From the human T2T-CHM13v2.0 reference genome, Homo sapiens, in the NCBI RefSeq assembly GCF_009914755.1, contig NC_060943.1: a stretch of 64,000 bases of DNA. One strand, written 5' to 3'. A model generated the notes under the pieces. It was given only the letters and a program-made list of their open reading frames with translations. It searched no databases and had not been told where the DNA came from. A program made the position numbers and the translations under genes. Of this stretch, positions 15,901 to 32,550 are shown piece after piece (positions within the stretch are counted from its first letter, which is position 1; each line of letters starts with the position of its first letter).

Positions 15901-16573
15901 TAGAGGATGAGGCCGCGGCTGGAGCCACGGGGATGGAGAGAAGGGAAAGAGTGAACAGATAAAGCAAATTTGTAAAAGTGGCAGAACCTGGAGGCGGTGT
16001 AGGAGGTGAGGGAGAGGGAGGAGCCAGGCTCTTCTTATAGATCTGGGGTCAAATTCCAAAAGCCAGAAGAGGATGTGGGGCGGGAAGCAGTTACGGGGAG
16101 AAGAGAATGCAAAAGTCCCTGCCACAGGCCCCCCAGCCCCAATCTCCACTCACAGGCGGTGCCTCGCTCTGGTCACACCCACAGGGCAGCAGGGGAGCTG
16201 GGGACACACCGCCCACCCGGCTCCCGTCCAGTCCCTGGCTGTGCCACTTTGGGCCAGCTGCAGCCTCTCTGATGATGCTGCATGGGGCTGTGGCAAGGGG
16301 GCCCAAGTAGGGCCTGGCACACAGCAAGTGACCAGCAAGTGACATATAGGACTCGGAGCCTGGCTGGAAGCCAGGAAAAGCAGAAACCTGGGCTCCGACC
16401 CCCCGGTGCTGCCAATTTTCCGCTAGGAACAGTACCCTGTGGCCACTCAGTTTCCTCATCAGAGAAATGGGAATTAACAGCAGGTTTCAGAAGAGGGCTG
16501 GGAGGGCTGGGTGGGGGGTGGTGGGGACCCAGGAAGGGCTGAGGTGAGCTATTTACCAGCCAGCGGAGGACTA

Positions 16574-17167
<594 letters not shown>

Positions 17168-17361
17168 TGAGTAGCCGACTACAGGCGTGGACCACTACAC
17201 CCGGCTAATTTTTTTGTATTTTTGTAGAGATAAGCTTTTGCCATGTTGCCCAGGCTGGTCTCAAACTCTCGGCCTCAAACAATCCTCCTGCCTCAGCCTC
17301 CCAAAGTGCTGGATTATAAGCGTGAGCCACGGCACCCGGCTGTATTTCAATATATCAATGC

Positions 17362-17570
17362 ATCACTGTCAAATAGACTCTCTGCAATGATGCAAATGTT
17401 CTCTCCGTGCTGTCCAGCACTGGTGGCCACCAGCCACACGAGGCTACGGAGCACGTGACGTATGTCGAGAATGAGCAGGGACTGAATTCTTCATTCGACT
17501 TGATGTGACTGTTGCTGCTCATGCATGGCAGTGGCTGTGGCAGCTACTGTGTTGGACAGCATGGATCTAA
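17362..17570 (+). mobile_element. MER3-like hAT element
   Basis: ctgtcaaatagact..ctgcaatgatgcaaatgttct..tgctgtccag...ctactgtgttggacagca. Confidence 0.55.
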
Positions 17571-17715
17571 CCACTGATCCTGCTTGGAACTGCTTCTGCC
17601 TGAGTCCCTGAAGTGCCGCTCCGTCTGCTCCTTGGCCCTGCCCAGCTACCTCACAGGGCTCTTATGGGACTCATGGAGAAGCCAGGGAGATCACAGCCGG
17701 AGAAATGGAATGTTA

Positions 17716-18380
<665 letters not shown>

Positions 18381-18727
18381 TTACAACAGTATTTGTTGCC
18401 AAGGCTCAGGCAGTGGGGCGTGAGAGCGAGTTTGCAGGTTGGGAGGGGCGTGGCCCCCGCCAGCTCCACTCATAGGGGTCCTGCCTAGGAAGGACGCTGA
18501 TCTGATCTGTTTTCTCTCACAGGGTTGTGCATAGTTATTTTGTTTACAACAAAAGGGTGCTGCTAAAAGTCATAAAAAGCTGAAAACTATGTGAACTGGA
18601 GCAATGCTTCTCAGACATGAATGTGTGTCCAGCTGTCTGGGAATCTTGTTAAGAGGCAGATTCTGGCCGGGCGCAGTGGCTCACGCCTGTAATCCCAGCA
18701 CTCTGGGAGGCTGAGGCGGGCAGATCA

Positions 18728-19075
<348 letters not shown>

Positions 19076-19600
19076 TCACTCCTATATTCCATTTCGGGAT
19101 GAAGAATGAAGCCCCCTCCTCTCCTCTCCGGAGCTCTGTATAGGGGTGTAGCTCAAGGTGGGCCTTGGAATCAACTAGACCTGGGTTTGAACCTCAGCTG
19201 CCACAGTTACTAGCCATGTTGGCTTGCAAAGGGAACTTCACCCCTCAGGACCTCGGTCTGCTCACCTGTAGGTGGGGAAGGTCTGATATCTGTGATGAGT
19301 TTAGGGAAATGCCTGGGGCATAAAAGGAAAATGCTCAGTGAACTTATTCCAGGATCCAGAAGATCCTCCTTCTCCTCGTCTACCTCATCACACCGTCCTG
19401 TGAAGAGGAAGGATGGAGAGGTGGAAAGAGTGTTGGTGTTGAGGAAAACTGGGTTGAAACTCTGGCTGGCCACTTTCTCCCTGTGTCCCCCGCCCCAGGC
19501 TCCGCCTTGCAGTCTGTGAAGATAATGACACCTATTAATAGCTTGTTGGGGTTCCTGGAGACCATGTACAGTGCTTGACACTTAAGTGACAGCTACATTA

Positions 19601-19735
<135 letters not shown>

Positions 19736-19797
19736 CTACTAAAAATACAAAAAATTAGCCAGGCGCTGTGGTGCGTGCCTGTAATCCCAGCTACTCA

Positions 19798-19923
<126 letters not shown>

Positions 19924-20260
19924 TTATTCTTACGGGTCAGAAGAACAAACAGTTTTCCCATTCCATGACTCAGCCCCCTCCCCACCCAACCCCGCCACTT
20001 CTCTGCCATTGTAAATCCAGCATTTCTGGCTGGATCAAAACCACTCATCTGTCAAGGAGTGGGGGGCCCATGGGATCACATTTGGGGTCTTTGCCCTTCC
20101 CGCAACAAGATCCTACAACCCCCACGTCGGTGAGGGCTGATTCTCTACTGTGAGAATCAGCATGGGGAGTCCTTTCCCTTCTGGTGCTTGAGAGGCATAA
20201 ACAAGATTGAGAACCTGACAGCCCCTAAGTTATAGCAGCTTCAATGCCTTCAAAAGTCTA

Positions 20261-20380
<120 letters not shown>

Positions 20381-23300
20381 CTACAAAAAATACAAAAATT
20401 AGCTGGGTGTGGTGGTGCACGCCTGTAATCCCTGCTACTTGGGAGGCTGAGGCGGGAGGATCGCTTGAGCCCAGGAGGTCAAGGCTGCAGTGAGCTGTGG
20501 TTGTGCCCCTGCACTTCAGCATGGGTAACGGAGCAAGACCCTGTTCTCCCCCAACTCCAAAAGTCTAACCTTCTATGAGTGTATTGTTATTAACAACCTA
20601 ATTATTGTGATTATTAACAATTTTATGGCCGAGTGCAGTGGCTCACACCTGTAATCCCAGCACTTTGGGAGGCTGAGGCAGGTGGGTCACTTGAGGTCAG
20701 GAATTTGAGACCAGCCTAGCCAACACAGTGAAACGGTGTCTCTACCATAAAATACAAATAAATAAATAAATAAATAAATAAGCCAGGTGTAGTAGTGATG
20801 CGTGCCTCAGGAGCTACTCAGGAGCCTGAGGTCTCAGCTACTCAGGAGCCTGAGGCAGGAGAATTGCTTGAACCCAGGAGGCAGAGGTTGCAGTGAGCCG
20901 AGATCGCGCCACTGCACTCTAGCCTGGGTGACAGAGTGAGACCCTGTCTCAAAAAAAAAAAAAAAAATTGAATTTCCACTTTTAGGGCCCAATGGACCAG
21001 TGCATTCTCCTCTCTTGGCCTCAGTTTCCCCCTCTGTAAACTGGGAGTCTCATGGAGGGAGGCGACCTGCAGGGCGGCCCACACCAGGGTTTGGAGTCCC
21101 GGCTCTGCCATTTCTAGGTGTACTATTTTGGGCAAGGGACCCACCTCTCTGGGCCTCAGTTTCCCCATCTGTCAAACCAGGGATGATGACTGTGCCTCCT
21201 TGCAGGGTTGCCTGAGGAATACACGGAAAAAATCCACATAAGAGACTGAGCACTGAGCCTGGCTCGTGGCATGCTCTCAATCAGTTAGCTACGATCATGG
21301 TCATCTCCAGCTCTGGAGAGAGGGTTTGAGGCAAGGGGAGGGCCAATCTCCTCTGCGTTTACCCCCTGGGGCTGGCCTCTGCAGTGGAGCTGTGGCTGCA
21401 CAGCCTTCTGACCTTTGTTGTAGTGTTTGAACAAGAACTCTGGGGCCTAAGCTCAACTCCCTGGGCTGGGGCAGCATCTGGGGGGCACAGTGAGCCTGGG
21501 AGTGGCTGGGGCTGCTGCCCCCTCCTGCCCTGCCTCACTCTCTTCCTCCTCTCCATCCAGGGTTTTTTTTTTTGTTTTTTTTTTTTTGGCGATGGAGTTT
21601 TGCTCTTGTCATCTAGGCTGGAGTACAATGGGCATGATCTCGGCTCACTGCAACCTCTGCCTCCCGGGTTCAAGCGATTCTCCTGCCTCGGCCCCCTGAG
21701 TAGCTGGGATTACAGACTCACACCACCACACCTGGCTGATTTTGTATTTTTGGTAGAGACGGGGTTTCACCATGTTGGCCAGGCTGGTCTCAAACTCCCG
21801 ACCTCAGGTGATCCACCCGCCTCAGCCTCCCAAAGTGTTGAGACGGCGTGAGCCACCATGCCTGGCCTGTCTCTGTCTAGGTCTCTCAACCTCCCACCAG
21901 GATCCCAGATACTACCAGACACCCCCCATTCTCACTCTCAGCAGCCCTCCTGGGGAAACAGCAGTCCCCTGGGCTCCCGCCTGCCTCCCGCAGTGAGCCC
22001 CCACCAGCCCCTCTCGTGGGTCTCCAAGGCAGCCCCTCCACCTCTGCCTGCCATGACAACAGTTGCGCGTGGGTTTCCAGGCAACAAGGGGCATCCTGCC
22101 ACTCTCCTTACTCTCCTGCCACCCCCTGTCTGGCGGAGCCAGCCCAGCCTCAGGAACTGGGACTCGAAGGGAAGGGAGGTTCTCCCCAGTGGGGACAAAG
22201 GGTCTCCAAACTCAGAGTTAATGAGGTTTCCCGTACCCCACCAGAGAGGACACAAAGACGTGCCCCCTTCACCCAGCAAGGGTGATGGTGGAGGGGATGC
22301 TGCTGGGCTTGAGCGCTGCCAGGCACAAAGGGGAGCCCTGTCCTTTGCACCCCTATCTGGAGGTGAGGCCCTCCCTCCAGAAACAGCGTCCGCATCCCAG
22401 GTCCTCTAAGGCAGCCCCTGCTCTCCACCTGCTCTGGGGCCAAATGTGCAGCCTGGTGTACAGAGAAGCCCACCCCCTGCCTACGGGCTGTGATGCCACA
22501 TGCTGGGGACAAGAGTGTGGGGTCTGTGGCCCACCCCAGCCATCAGCCAGCTGAGAAGGACAGGCTGCAACATGGTGCCTTCACGCAACGCTGACTTTCC
22601 AACACTGTGAGGGGCTGGCAGTTTCACAGCAGATCCTGGTCCTGGAGAATGGGCGTGTGCTCTGCGTCCTGGCAGTCTTAAGAACCACTTCTCCCAGAGA
22701 AGGATAAGACTCTTCCTGCTCTCGGCAAGGGAAGGAGGCCATTTAAGTGGAAACAGGGCCCAGTCAAAGTGAGGCTTGGAGTTAGGGCAAACTGATGGGG
22801 GGATGAAGGAGGAGGGGCAGAGAGAGGACCCGGCAAGGGAAACCAAGGGAAGGAGAGTGGAGAGGGTGACAGGGCACAAAGAGATGGAGCAGAGAGGAAG
22901 AGGAGCAAACAGCAGAGGTTGCAAACTCCTCTGTCTATGGAGCCCAGCAGGGAAGATGATCCCGATGCTGGTTAGAGGGGAGAGTGGGGAGTGGTGGCCC
23001 TTTGCACCTGAGCACAACCCACAGTTATCCAGGGGGAAGACGATTCCAAAAGCTGACAGTCTAGATTTTTATGCAAAATCTCTAATTTAAAAAATGTTGG
23101 CAACAAATTAAACATGTTGAAAGCACTGGGGGAAAATAACCCTCTTGGGCCGCCCGGAGGACCCCAGGTAAGTGAGTCCTCAGGGATGTGGGGAGAGGGA
23201 GCCACGGGGAAGGAGCAGGGGAGGCGGGGAGGCAGACAGGCTGGCAGGAACAGCAGCAGAGGTGAGGGCGAGTGACACAGAGGGACAAAGAAGGGAGGCA

Positions 23301-24354
23301 CAGAGAGCGGTGTCGAGCAGAGACAGAAATAGAGGCAGGTTTCACAGCAGATGGGGTGGGAGAGGGAAAGACTGATGAATGAGTCCACAGACTAGACGGA
23401 TGGGCCAGGTCAGCAAGACATTGGGGGCTGGGAGGGCAAAGGGTCAGTCCCAGGGAAGATGAGGGGAGATGGAGAGGCGAGACGGCTTGACAGAGACAGG
23501 AGGTCCAGGTGACACCTCGAGACAGATGCCCGGCCAGAGAGAGTGGGGTGAGAAGGGATGAAATGCAGGGAGAGAGGATGGAGAGAGAGAACCAGTGTGA
23601 GCTACACAGCAGGTGTCCTAGCAGGTGAGACAGGTGATTGAGGGGGTGGGGACCCTGGCAAGAAAGCAGGGCCAGGGTTCCGGAAGGGACTGAGGATTCA
23701 GCGGCCACCCCCCCCCCAATCCCCAACCCACAGCACCTCTGCCTGAAGATCGGCCTCTCTGCATGGGCCCTGAGGGTGTGTGTGCAGGCACATGTGTGCA
23801 CAGGCTCTGCTTGTGAGAGATGCCAGCGCCCTCTGATACCTGATGTCTTAATTCTGCTGACCTCTCGGACGGCGAGGAGGTCCCTGAGGAGCCCCGTGGC
23901 GAGAGGAACACTCTCAGGGCTGTCTCTGAGTGGGATTAAGGGTGACTGCTGGATGGGGCTGGCCCTCCCTGCAGTGCACACACGTGCCCCCGACGCTGGC
24001 ACTCGGTTTGGTGTGTGCGCCACAGTGCACAGCTCTGTGACTGTCTTAGCGGCACCTGGGGCTGCATCTCTGTAGCTCTGGGGCCACCTCCGTGCCTTTT
24101 GCCTTGTGTCTGTCCGTAGGCGTGAGGCCACGAGGCCACAGGACCACAAGGCAAGGGCCTCCTGCCTTTGTCTCTCCCTCCAGGTCTGTGTACGAAGGAC
24201 TGTGTGTGTCTCTGTGTGACACACGACTACAGGTCTGGGGACTGCTCCCTGTCTCTCCTGACCACTGGCTGACTGAGTGTGGGGGCTGCGTCTGCAACTG
24301 GGCCTCTCTGGTTCCATATCGGGGTCTCTGGCTGCCAGTGAATGACTGTGTGCT

Positions 24355-24357
<3 letters not shown>

Positions 24358-24391
<34 letters not shown>
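24358..24391. repeat. (TG)n microsatellite
   Basis: Direct reading. Confidence 0.95.
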
Positions 24392-24393
<2 letters not shown>

Positions 24394-26229
24394 CTGCCAG
24401 GGGAATCTTTGCCTCCACGTGCCCCGTGTCTTCCTCGCACGCTCCCACTCTCTGTCGCTGACTTGCTGACTTGGGGTCCCTCTGACAAGTCAGAAGCGGC
24501 CTCTAATCCCCCAGAACTCTGGTGGCCAGTGTCCCCCGGCTCCCTGCTGGCCCCAGCAGGCACCCCGCGGGTCTGTCCCACCCTCCCTGAGTCTGTGGCT
24601 CCCTGCGTCTCTGCCTCACCCGCGTGTCTGCTCTCTGGGTGGGAGTGGCGTGTGTCCCCGGCTCCCCGACTCTTTCTTTCGGAAATTAAGTGAGTAACTC
24701 CGTGACTCCGTGCTGATGCCCTAATTGCCTGTATGTGTGTTTCGGAGGCTGGGTCCCTTCTCTCCCTCTGTGCCTCCCTCCCTGGCTCCCACTCTTCCCT
24801 TCCTTGGGTCTCTCTCCCCGCCTTTCGGCGGCTTCACTCTCTGTCCCTCCTTTCTCAGTGTGCGTTTGGACAATCCGGTGGCCAGGAGGAGAGGAGCCCC
24901 AGGGAGGAGGAGGAGGAGGAAGGTGGGAAGGCGAAGTGGAGGCTGCGGAAAGGCAGGTTAGAAGGCGAAGGCTGCGGAAGATGCTACAGGAAGAGGGAGG
25001 TGCGGTCCTGGCCGCGGTCCGGGGGTGGGGGGCGGGAGTTTTCAGGCTCCTGGACCAGGAGGGAAGCCGGCTCCGGCTACTCCCAGCTGCCTGGAGCCCG
25101 AGTTCCTGTCTGGCGGCTGCGCGGCCGGGACTTGGGATGTGAGGCGCATAGCAATGGGGCGCTGCGGAGGCGCCACTGCAGCTCCCAGCTGGAGAGGGGG
25201 GCGGGGAGGGGGCCGAGGGGCAGCCCCGAGGCTCCCTTCCCCCTCCCCCTTCCCAGCTGGGCTCTCCCCAGGGGAATTCCCCACCCCGACAGAAAGTCAC
25301 CAGAGGCTGCGGGGAGGGGGCAGGGAGGAGGGGAGGGCGCCTAGGAGGAGAGCAGAGGTGAGGAGGTCTGGGGAAGGAGATGGGGGTGCAGAGAGGAGGC
25401 GAAGGGGTGGAGGGGTGGGCAAGAGGCCATCCTGGGCTCTGGAGACTCGAGTCCTGGAGAGAGACTGGCTGGGCCCCTGGCAGGACAGGACCCCAGGGAG
25501 GCAGGGGCATAGAGATGGGGGGAACCCTGAGAGCCCGGGATTGATGGTGAGTTGGAAGGAGAGGCTCCCAAAAGGAGAGAGCTAGGATTGGGGGGGTCTG
25601 AGATTGGGGAGTACTATGGGGTGAGGAGACAACGATGGAGGGGGTCTCTGGGTGATGAAAGGTCATAGAAGGATGTTTCAGAGAGTGATGGGCTAAGGAG
25701 AAGGCGACTGGGGGTGTTGGGGAGAAAGGGGAGAGGCTGGGGTGCAAGGCCCAAAGAGGGGCGGGGAGGGAGTGGGAGGAGGGAGCTAGAGGAGAGGGCG
25801 GCTGAAGTGAGGGTCTCCTGGACAGAAGGTCTGGAGAGGGATATCTGGGGGATTGTCAGAGATGGGGGTTAGAGAAGCCTGAGGAGCAGATGCCGTGTCT
25901 TAGAAGGTCCTAGAAGAGCAGGTGTGAGGGTCGGAAGCCTGGGGAGGAGGCAGCAAATGGGGGGCGGGGGTCTCCAGGAGGAGAGGTTTCCAGGAGGGGA
26001 GGGCGGAGGGAGGTGGGAGAGGCAGTGGTCCGGGAGAGACACGTGCCCAAGGATAGAAGGCCCCAAAGCCTAGTGGGGTCAGGGAACGGGGGTCTTGGAG
26101 AGACGGAGGGGCAGGGGTCCGAGCCGCCCACCAGGAGAGGCGGGGTGACCCCAGAGGGAGAAGGGCTGAAGACTGGGGAGGGGGTTGTCTCACTCCCCAA
26201 TCACCCCCTCCGTCTTTCCCATTTTCACT

Positions 26230-27300
26230 TCCCAAACTCCCCGGTTCTCCCCGGTTGCCACGGCAACCGCTCTTGCCAGGCGCGGTCACCAAGGAAACCC
26301 CGTGCCCGCCTCTCCCCCCTCCCCATCACTGGCGTGCCCCCCCCACCCCAAGCAGCAGCGGTGTGGAGGGTGGGAGGGGCCATGGGGAGAGGAAGAACCT
26401 GGACTCCCGCCCCAGAAAGGGGGGCCCGGACCTACGCCCGGAGAGCCCCCCACCCTAAGCCTACTTCCTCAGCCCCACAGCTGGATACGCAGCGACCGCC
26501 GGACGCACCCCCCACAACCTGTCCCCAGGCAGCGGCGACAACCACCCCCCCCACAGCACAGAACTCGCCCTGCCCGGAGAACCCCCACCCAGTCGCCTCC
26601 CCCACCGGCTTCTGCCTCCCATTAGGCCCCGCCCCCTGTCCTCTGCCATCCCCCCCCATCCCGGAGGAGGCCTAAGACCACTGTCCCCCAATTAGCGAAT
26701 GCCCCCCACCCACCCCCCGCGGTTCCGCCTCCGGCCCCCGCCCCCGACCCGTGCCCCTTGGCGGCTACTCACAGCGAGGAGAGGGGTTCCTTCCGGGGGG
26801 CAGCATGCCCGGCCCGTGGGGGGAGGACCCCCCCAATGAGGCTCAGGAATTTGGGGTGCAAGGCCCGCTGCGGGGAGGCGCGGGGGGCGGGGCTGCGGCC
26901 GGGCCTGGAGCCTCTCGCGCTCTCCCCCCTCCCCGGCTCCTGGGTGGGGAGGGGGCTTCCGCAGCGGCGGCGGTGGGGCTGGGGGGGCCGCTCTGCCTCC
27001 TCGCCTCGCGCCCGCCTGCCGTCCGGCCCCGCGCCCTCGCCCGCCGCCCGCCTTCCTTCTTGCCTTCCTTTCTTTCCTTCTTTCTTTCCTGGCTTCCTTC
27101 CTTCCAGCCTTCCTTCCTTCCTTCCTCCCTCCTCGGGCCCGCCGGCGCCGCTCTCCCCCCACCCCACCCCCCCCCAGGCCCCGGCCCCGGCCCCGGCCCC
27201 CGCCTCGGACGGTGCGGCAGCGACCGAGAGCAGCCGAGAGCGGCGGAGACGGGAGCGGAATACTGATGATGGTGGGAGCGGGCGGGCGGAGGGAGGGAGC
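26230..27300. promoter_or_regulatory. CpG island / LRRC4B promoter with GC boxes
   Basis: Very high GC and CpG density, GGGGCGGGG Sp1-type boxes, TATA-less. Confidence 0.8.
26773..27264 (-). other. LRRC4B: LRRC4B non-coding exon 1
   Basis: CpG-dense GC island. Inr-like TCAGT on the minus strand with A at 27264. Donor CGCT|GTGAGT (GT at 26772-26771). Same orientation as exon 2. Confidence 0.75.
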
Positions 27301-27765
27301 AGGGAGGGAGGCCCGGGAGGAGAGGAAGGGGGGAGAGAGGGAGGGGAGGGAGGGCAGCGTGGAGAGGGAGGAAGGAAAGAGGGGGGAAGAACCGGAGAGG
27401 ATGGGAGAGGGAGGGAAGAAAGGAGAGGGAGACGGGAGGGAAGGGGAAGGGGGGGAGGAAAGAAGAGGGAAGGGGAGGAAAGAAGGAAGGAAGTGGGAAG
27501 GGGGTGGAAGAAAGAAGAGGGGGAGAAAAAGGGGAGGAGCAGGGGAGAGAGGAGGGAAAGGGGAGAGGGTGTGGGAGGGGAGGGGAGAGGAGGGGGTAAC
27601 TCCTGCAATAAGGTCCTGGATGAAGGGGAGGGGAGGGCGGGGGGCAGGGGGAGTGGGTAGAGGAAGAGGAAAGGAGGGAGAGGAGGAGTGGAGGGGGAGA
27701 TGGGTAGAGAGATGGGCAGGAGAGGCCCAGGGGCAGGGAAGTGAGGGGAAAGAGGAGGTAGGGAA
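27290..27765 (+). repeat. Polypurine (GA-rich) tract upstream of the LRRC4B TSS
   Basis: About 470 bp, almost only G/A. Confidence 0.9.
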
Positions 27766-29240
27766 GGCCTAACTTTGAGGGCTGCAGGGGACAGAGGGGC
27801 CTGGAGGGCGGCGGGGGCTGTGGGGAGAAGAATCGGGGGTGCGGTGTGCGTTGTCAGGAAGAGCAGGGGAAGCTGGCAGGACCCGGAAGAGGCAGGAGGA
27901 TCTAAGTGGGACAGAGATGAGAGGATGGAAGAGGGAGGGAAGGACCCGTCGGGGGGAGGGGGGAGGAGAAAGATCTCGGGGGAGAGGAGAGAAGCTGGGG
28001 AGCTGGAGCTTTGAGGGCCCAAGACTGGGTGGCAAGAGCCCGGGGAGTAGACAGAGTGGGGGAGGGGACAGAGGGCCTTTCTTGAACTCCGCTGTATGCC
28101 CGCTTCGTCCGCCCCTCCACCTCATGAAGAGAAGAACCTTCAAACCCATTTTCCAGAAGAGACCACTGAGCTCTTGGAGGAGCCAGGATGGGGTTTGAAT
28201 GCAGTCTTGGGCTGGGGGTACCCTGAGGGAGATGGAGAATGGGTCAGTTCCTAGCTTTCGTCCCTGGTCCAGACTTGGCAGGTGGAGGCACCTGGGAGGG
28301 GCAGAGGGCACAGCCTGCAGCCTCCCTACTCACTCTCCTCTCACCTCCCCCAGGTGTTGGCAGCGGGTGCTGGGGACGCATTTAGAGCTGTGAAGCTGAG
28401 CTGCATCTTGGGTGCAGGGAGGGGGAGGGCAGATGCAGAGGCCTCTGGGAGGTCACCGTGACCCTCCCCTCTACCTCCCCGGTCCACTACCCCAAAAGCT
28501 TGGGCCCCAAGGAAGGGGGACATCGGGAATCAGGGGCGGAGAAACCCAGAAGGAGGGGTGGCCCCTGTCCAGGACACTGAAGATCCTTCCAGATGTTAAA
28601 ATTAGCACAGAAGTTTCACCCCTGCCTTGTTATCCCCCAAAACGCTGACTAATAACTGAGGACTCAGGAGAGAGAGAAGAAAGATGAAGGTTCCTTCTTT
28701 CAGTGCCAGGGGACCCGGGACAGACTCTCCCTCTTCCCCTTCTCCTCGGAGAGCCCCAGGGAGGGAAAGTGTGGCTGTACCCCTGCAGGCAGAGCCTGGG
28801 GAGAGTCAGGGTTGGAAGCTGGAAGGAAAGTGGGCCAGACACATCTATAATGAGCCAGGGTTCCCGAGAGAAGCCAGGTCACAGATGGGTTCGGAAGAGG
28901 CGGTTTTGGGTGGGCGCTGGTGGGTGCTGAGCCCTGAGAGCTGCCGAGAGGGGAAACTGAGAAGGGGCTGGGCGAGGGCCAGGGAGTGGCAGGTGGCTGT
29001 GGTGCTTCGGGTTTCACCCGCCCCTGGCGCCGCTCAAGTCTAGTTCGTGAGACTGGACCAGTGAATGTGTGTGTGCACCAGGGTCCAGCACAGAGTAGGC
29101 CAGGACCGATGGTGATACCAGCAAAACAGAATCACATGGTGGCAGCCCGCGGTTCCTCCTGGTCTCCCACAGGCCAGATGCTGTGCCCAGCACCTCACAA
29201 GCGTGGCATCAATCCTGCAACCATGCGGTACCAACTCCTA

Positions 29241-29561
<321 letters not shown>

Positions 29562-31244
29562 TCACGTTATTGCACTCCAGCCTGGGTGACAGAGCGAAAC
29601 TCAGTCTCAAAAAACAAACCAAGAGGGTCTCAGGTGAGAGGCCAAGCCGTGTCAGGTGGGGCCGTTAGAGAAGCAGGGAAGTATTCCAATATTTGAACAA
29701 CCAGCGAACCCTCTTGGTCCATGCAGCCTAAGTCTCAGCCCTGCCTGGAGGGTATGACTGCCCCTGTTTTACTGAAGGAGAAATGATTTGCCGTCAACCT
29801 CCAGAGCTCATCAAGGGTCTTCAGCACCGGGCACTGTTCAGGGCTTTGAGAGCCCGGCCGGAGAACAGTAAGGAGACAGCCCCTGTCCCCGTGGAACTGA
29901 CCCCTCAAGGTCCTATTTCCAAGAGCAGTGTGAGCAATGAAGAAAATAAGAGGACAATTAGGGAGGAGAGAAGTTGGTGGGCAGTCAGGAGGACAGACTT
30001 GAGGTGATCAGGGGAGGCCTCCTGGAGGAGGTGTCTTTTGTGGCGAGGCCAAAATAAGGAGATAGCTCATTGCGTGCACAGGGGCAAGCACCTGGGGCAG
30101 AGGCCCCCAGATGGCAGCAAGCCGGGCCCGTTTGAGAGATGGGAGCCAGATAGGTGTGGCGTGGAGGAAGAAGAGAAGCAGAGTGGAAAAAGATGAGGAT
30201 GCGGCCCCAGGTTTGGCTCAAACACAAAACCAAATCTTAACGCTTCCCACTGTCCCCTAAACCTTGCCCTAAGGCTTAACTCTAATCTCCCACTCAGGTG
30301 ACTGTCCTGAGCAACTGGAACACTGATCCTCAGTTTTGATTCATGTTGTCAACATGGATTGGGGACTCTGATGTCCCAGAAATGGTATTAGGTAAGAGAC
30401 AGGGACAGTGACCCTCCACAGTAATGAGTGCTCAAAGGTATTTTCACCATTTCAAAAAATAAAACCAAAAAACAAAAACAGACAAAAAAAAAATGGAAGT
30501 TGTACATTTCCTTCGGGATGGGATTTCAGAGGTTAAATTTCAAATTTCTTTGCTTCAGGCTGTAAAAAAAATTATCCACTCAGTGTGTTCACTGCCTGTC
30601 TCACCCCAATCAGAAGCTATGATCGGCAGTTTGGTATACCTTTGATAAATAAAATATGGGAAAATGAATGAACTTTTCACTTAATGTAGTTTGGTTTGCT
30701 CAGAAAAATCTCTCAAAGTGGGACTCATGGGGGACAATGGCTAAAGGAATCACAGCCACTCAGATGTTCCTGTTATTTAGTTCCACACAGTTGCACTGGA
30801 CAACTCCCAGGCACCTTTCACCTGGGCTGTGATATAACAAGACTGCCACCCATGATAGGAAGCTATGGGAAGGTGGCTCGCACCACCATGGGTGCTAAGC
30901 TGCTTGGCCTTATGCCTTACCCCAATTCTCCTTTTTTATTTTTTTTGAGACAGGGCCTCGCTCTGTCACCCAGGCTGGAGTGCAGTGGTGCGATGTTGGC
31001 TCACCGCAACCTCCACCTCCCATTCTCGTGCCTCAGCCTCCGAGTAGCTGGGACTACAGGCGTGCACAACCATGCCCGGCTAAGTTTTGTATTTTTAGTA
31101 GAGATGGGGGTTTCACCATGTCGGCCAGACTGGTCTTGAACTCCTGGCTTCAGGTGATCGCCTGCCTCAGCCTCCCAAAGTTCTGGGTTTACAGGCATGA
31201 GCTGCTGTACCCAGGCCCTTAGCCCCAATTCTGACCATCACTAA

Positions 31245-32550
<1,306 letters not shown>

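Noticed and set aside
23082-24581. 499-aa minus-strand ORF
   Set aside because: Intronic GC-rich sequence running through a (CA)n repeat, with no recognisable domain
26769-28022. 417-aa Pro/Ser/Leu-rich ORF and the overlapping 300-aa Gly/Glu/Arg ORF
   Set aside because: Artefacts of the polypurine/polypyrimidine tract, which lacks stop codons
29820-29840. REST/RE1 site TTCAGCACC
   Set aside because: Only the left half-site is present, with no GGACAG right half at the canonical spacing
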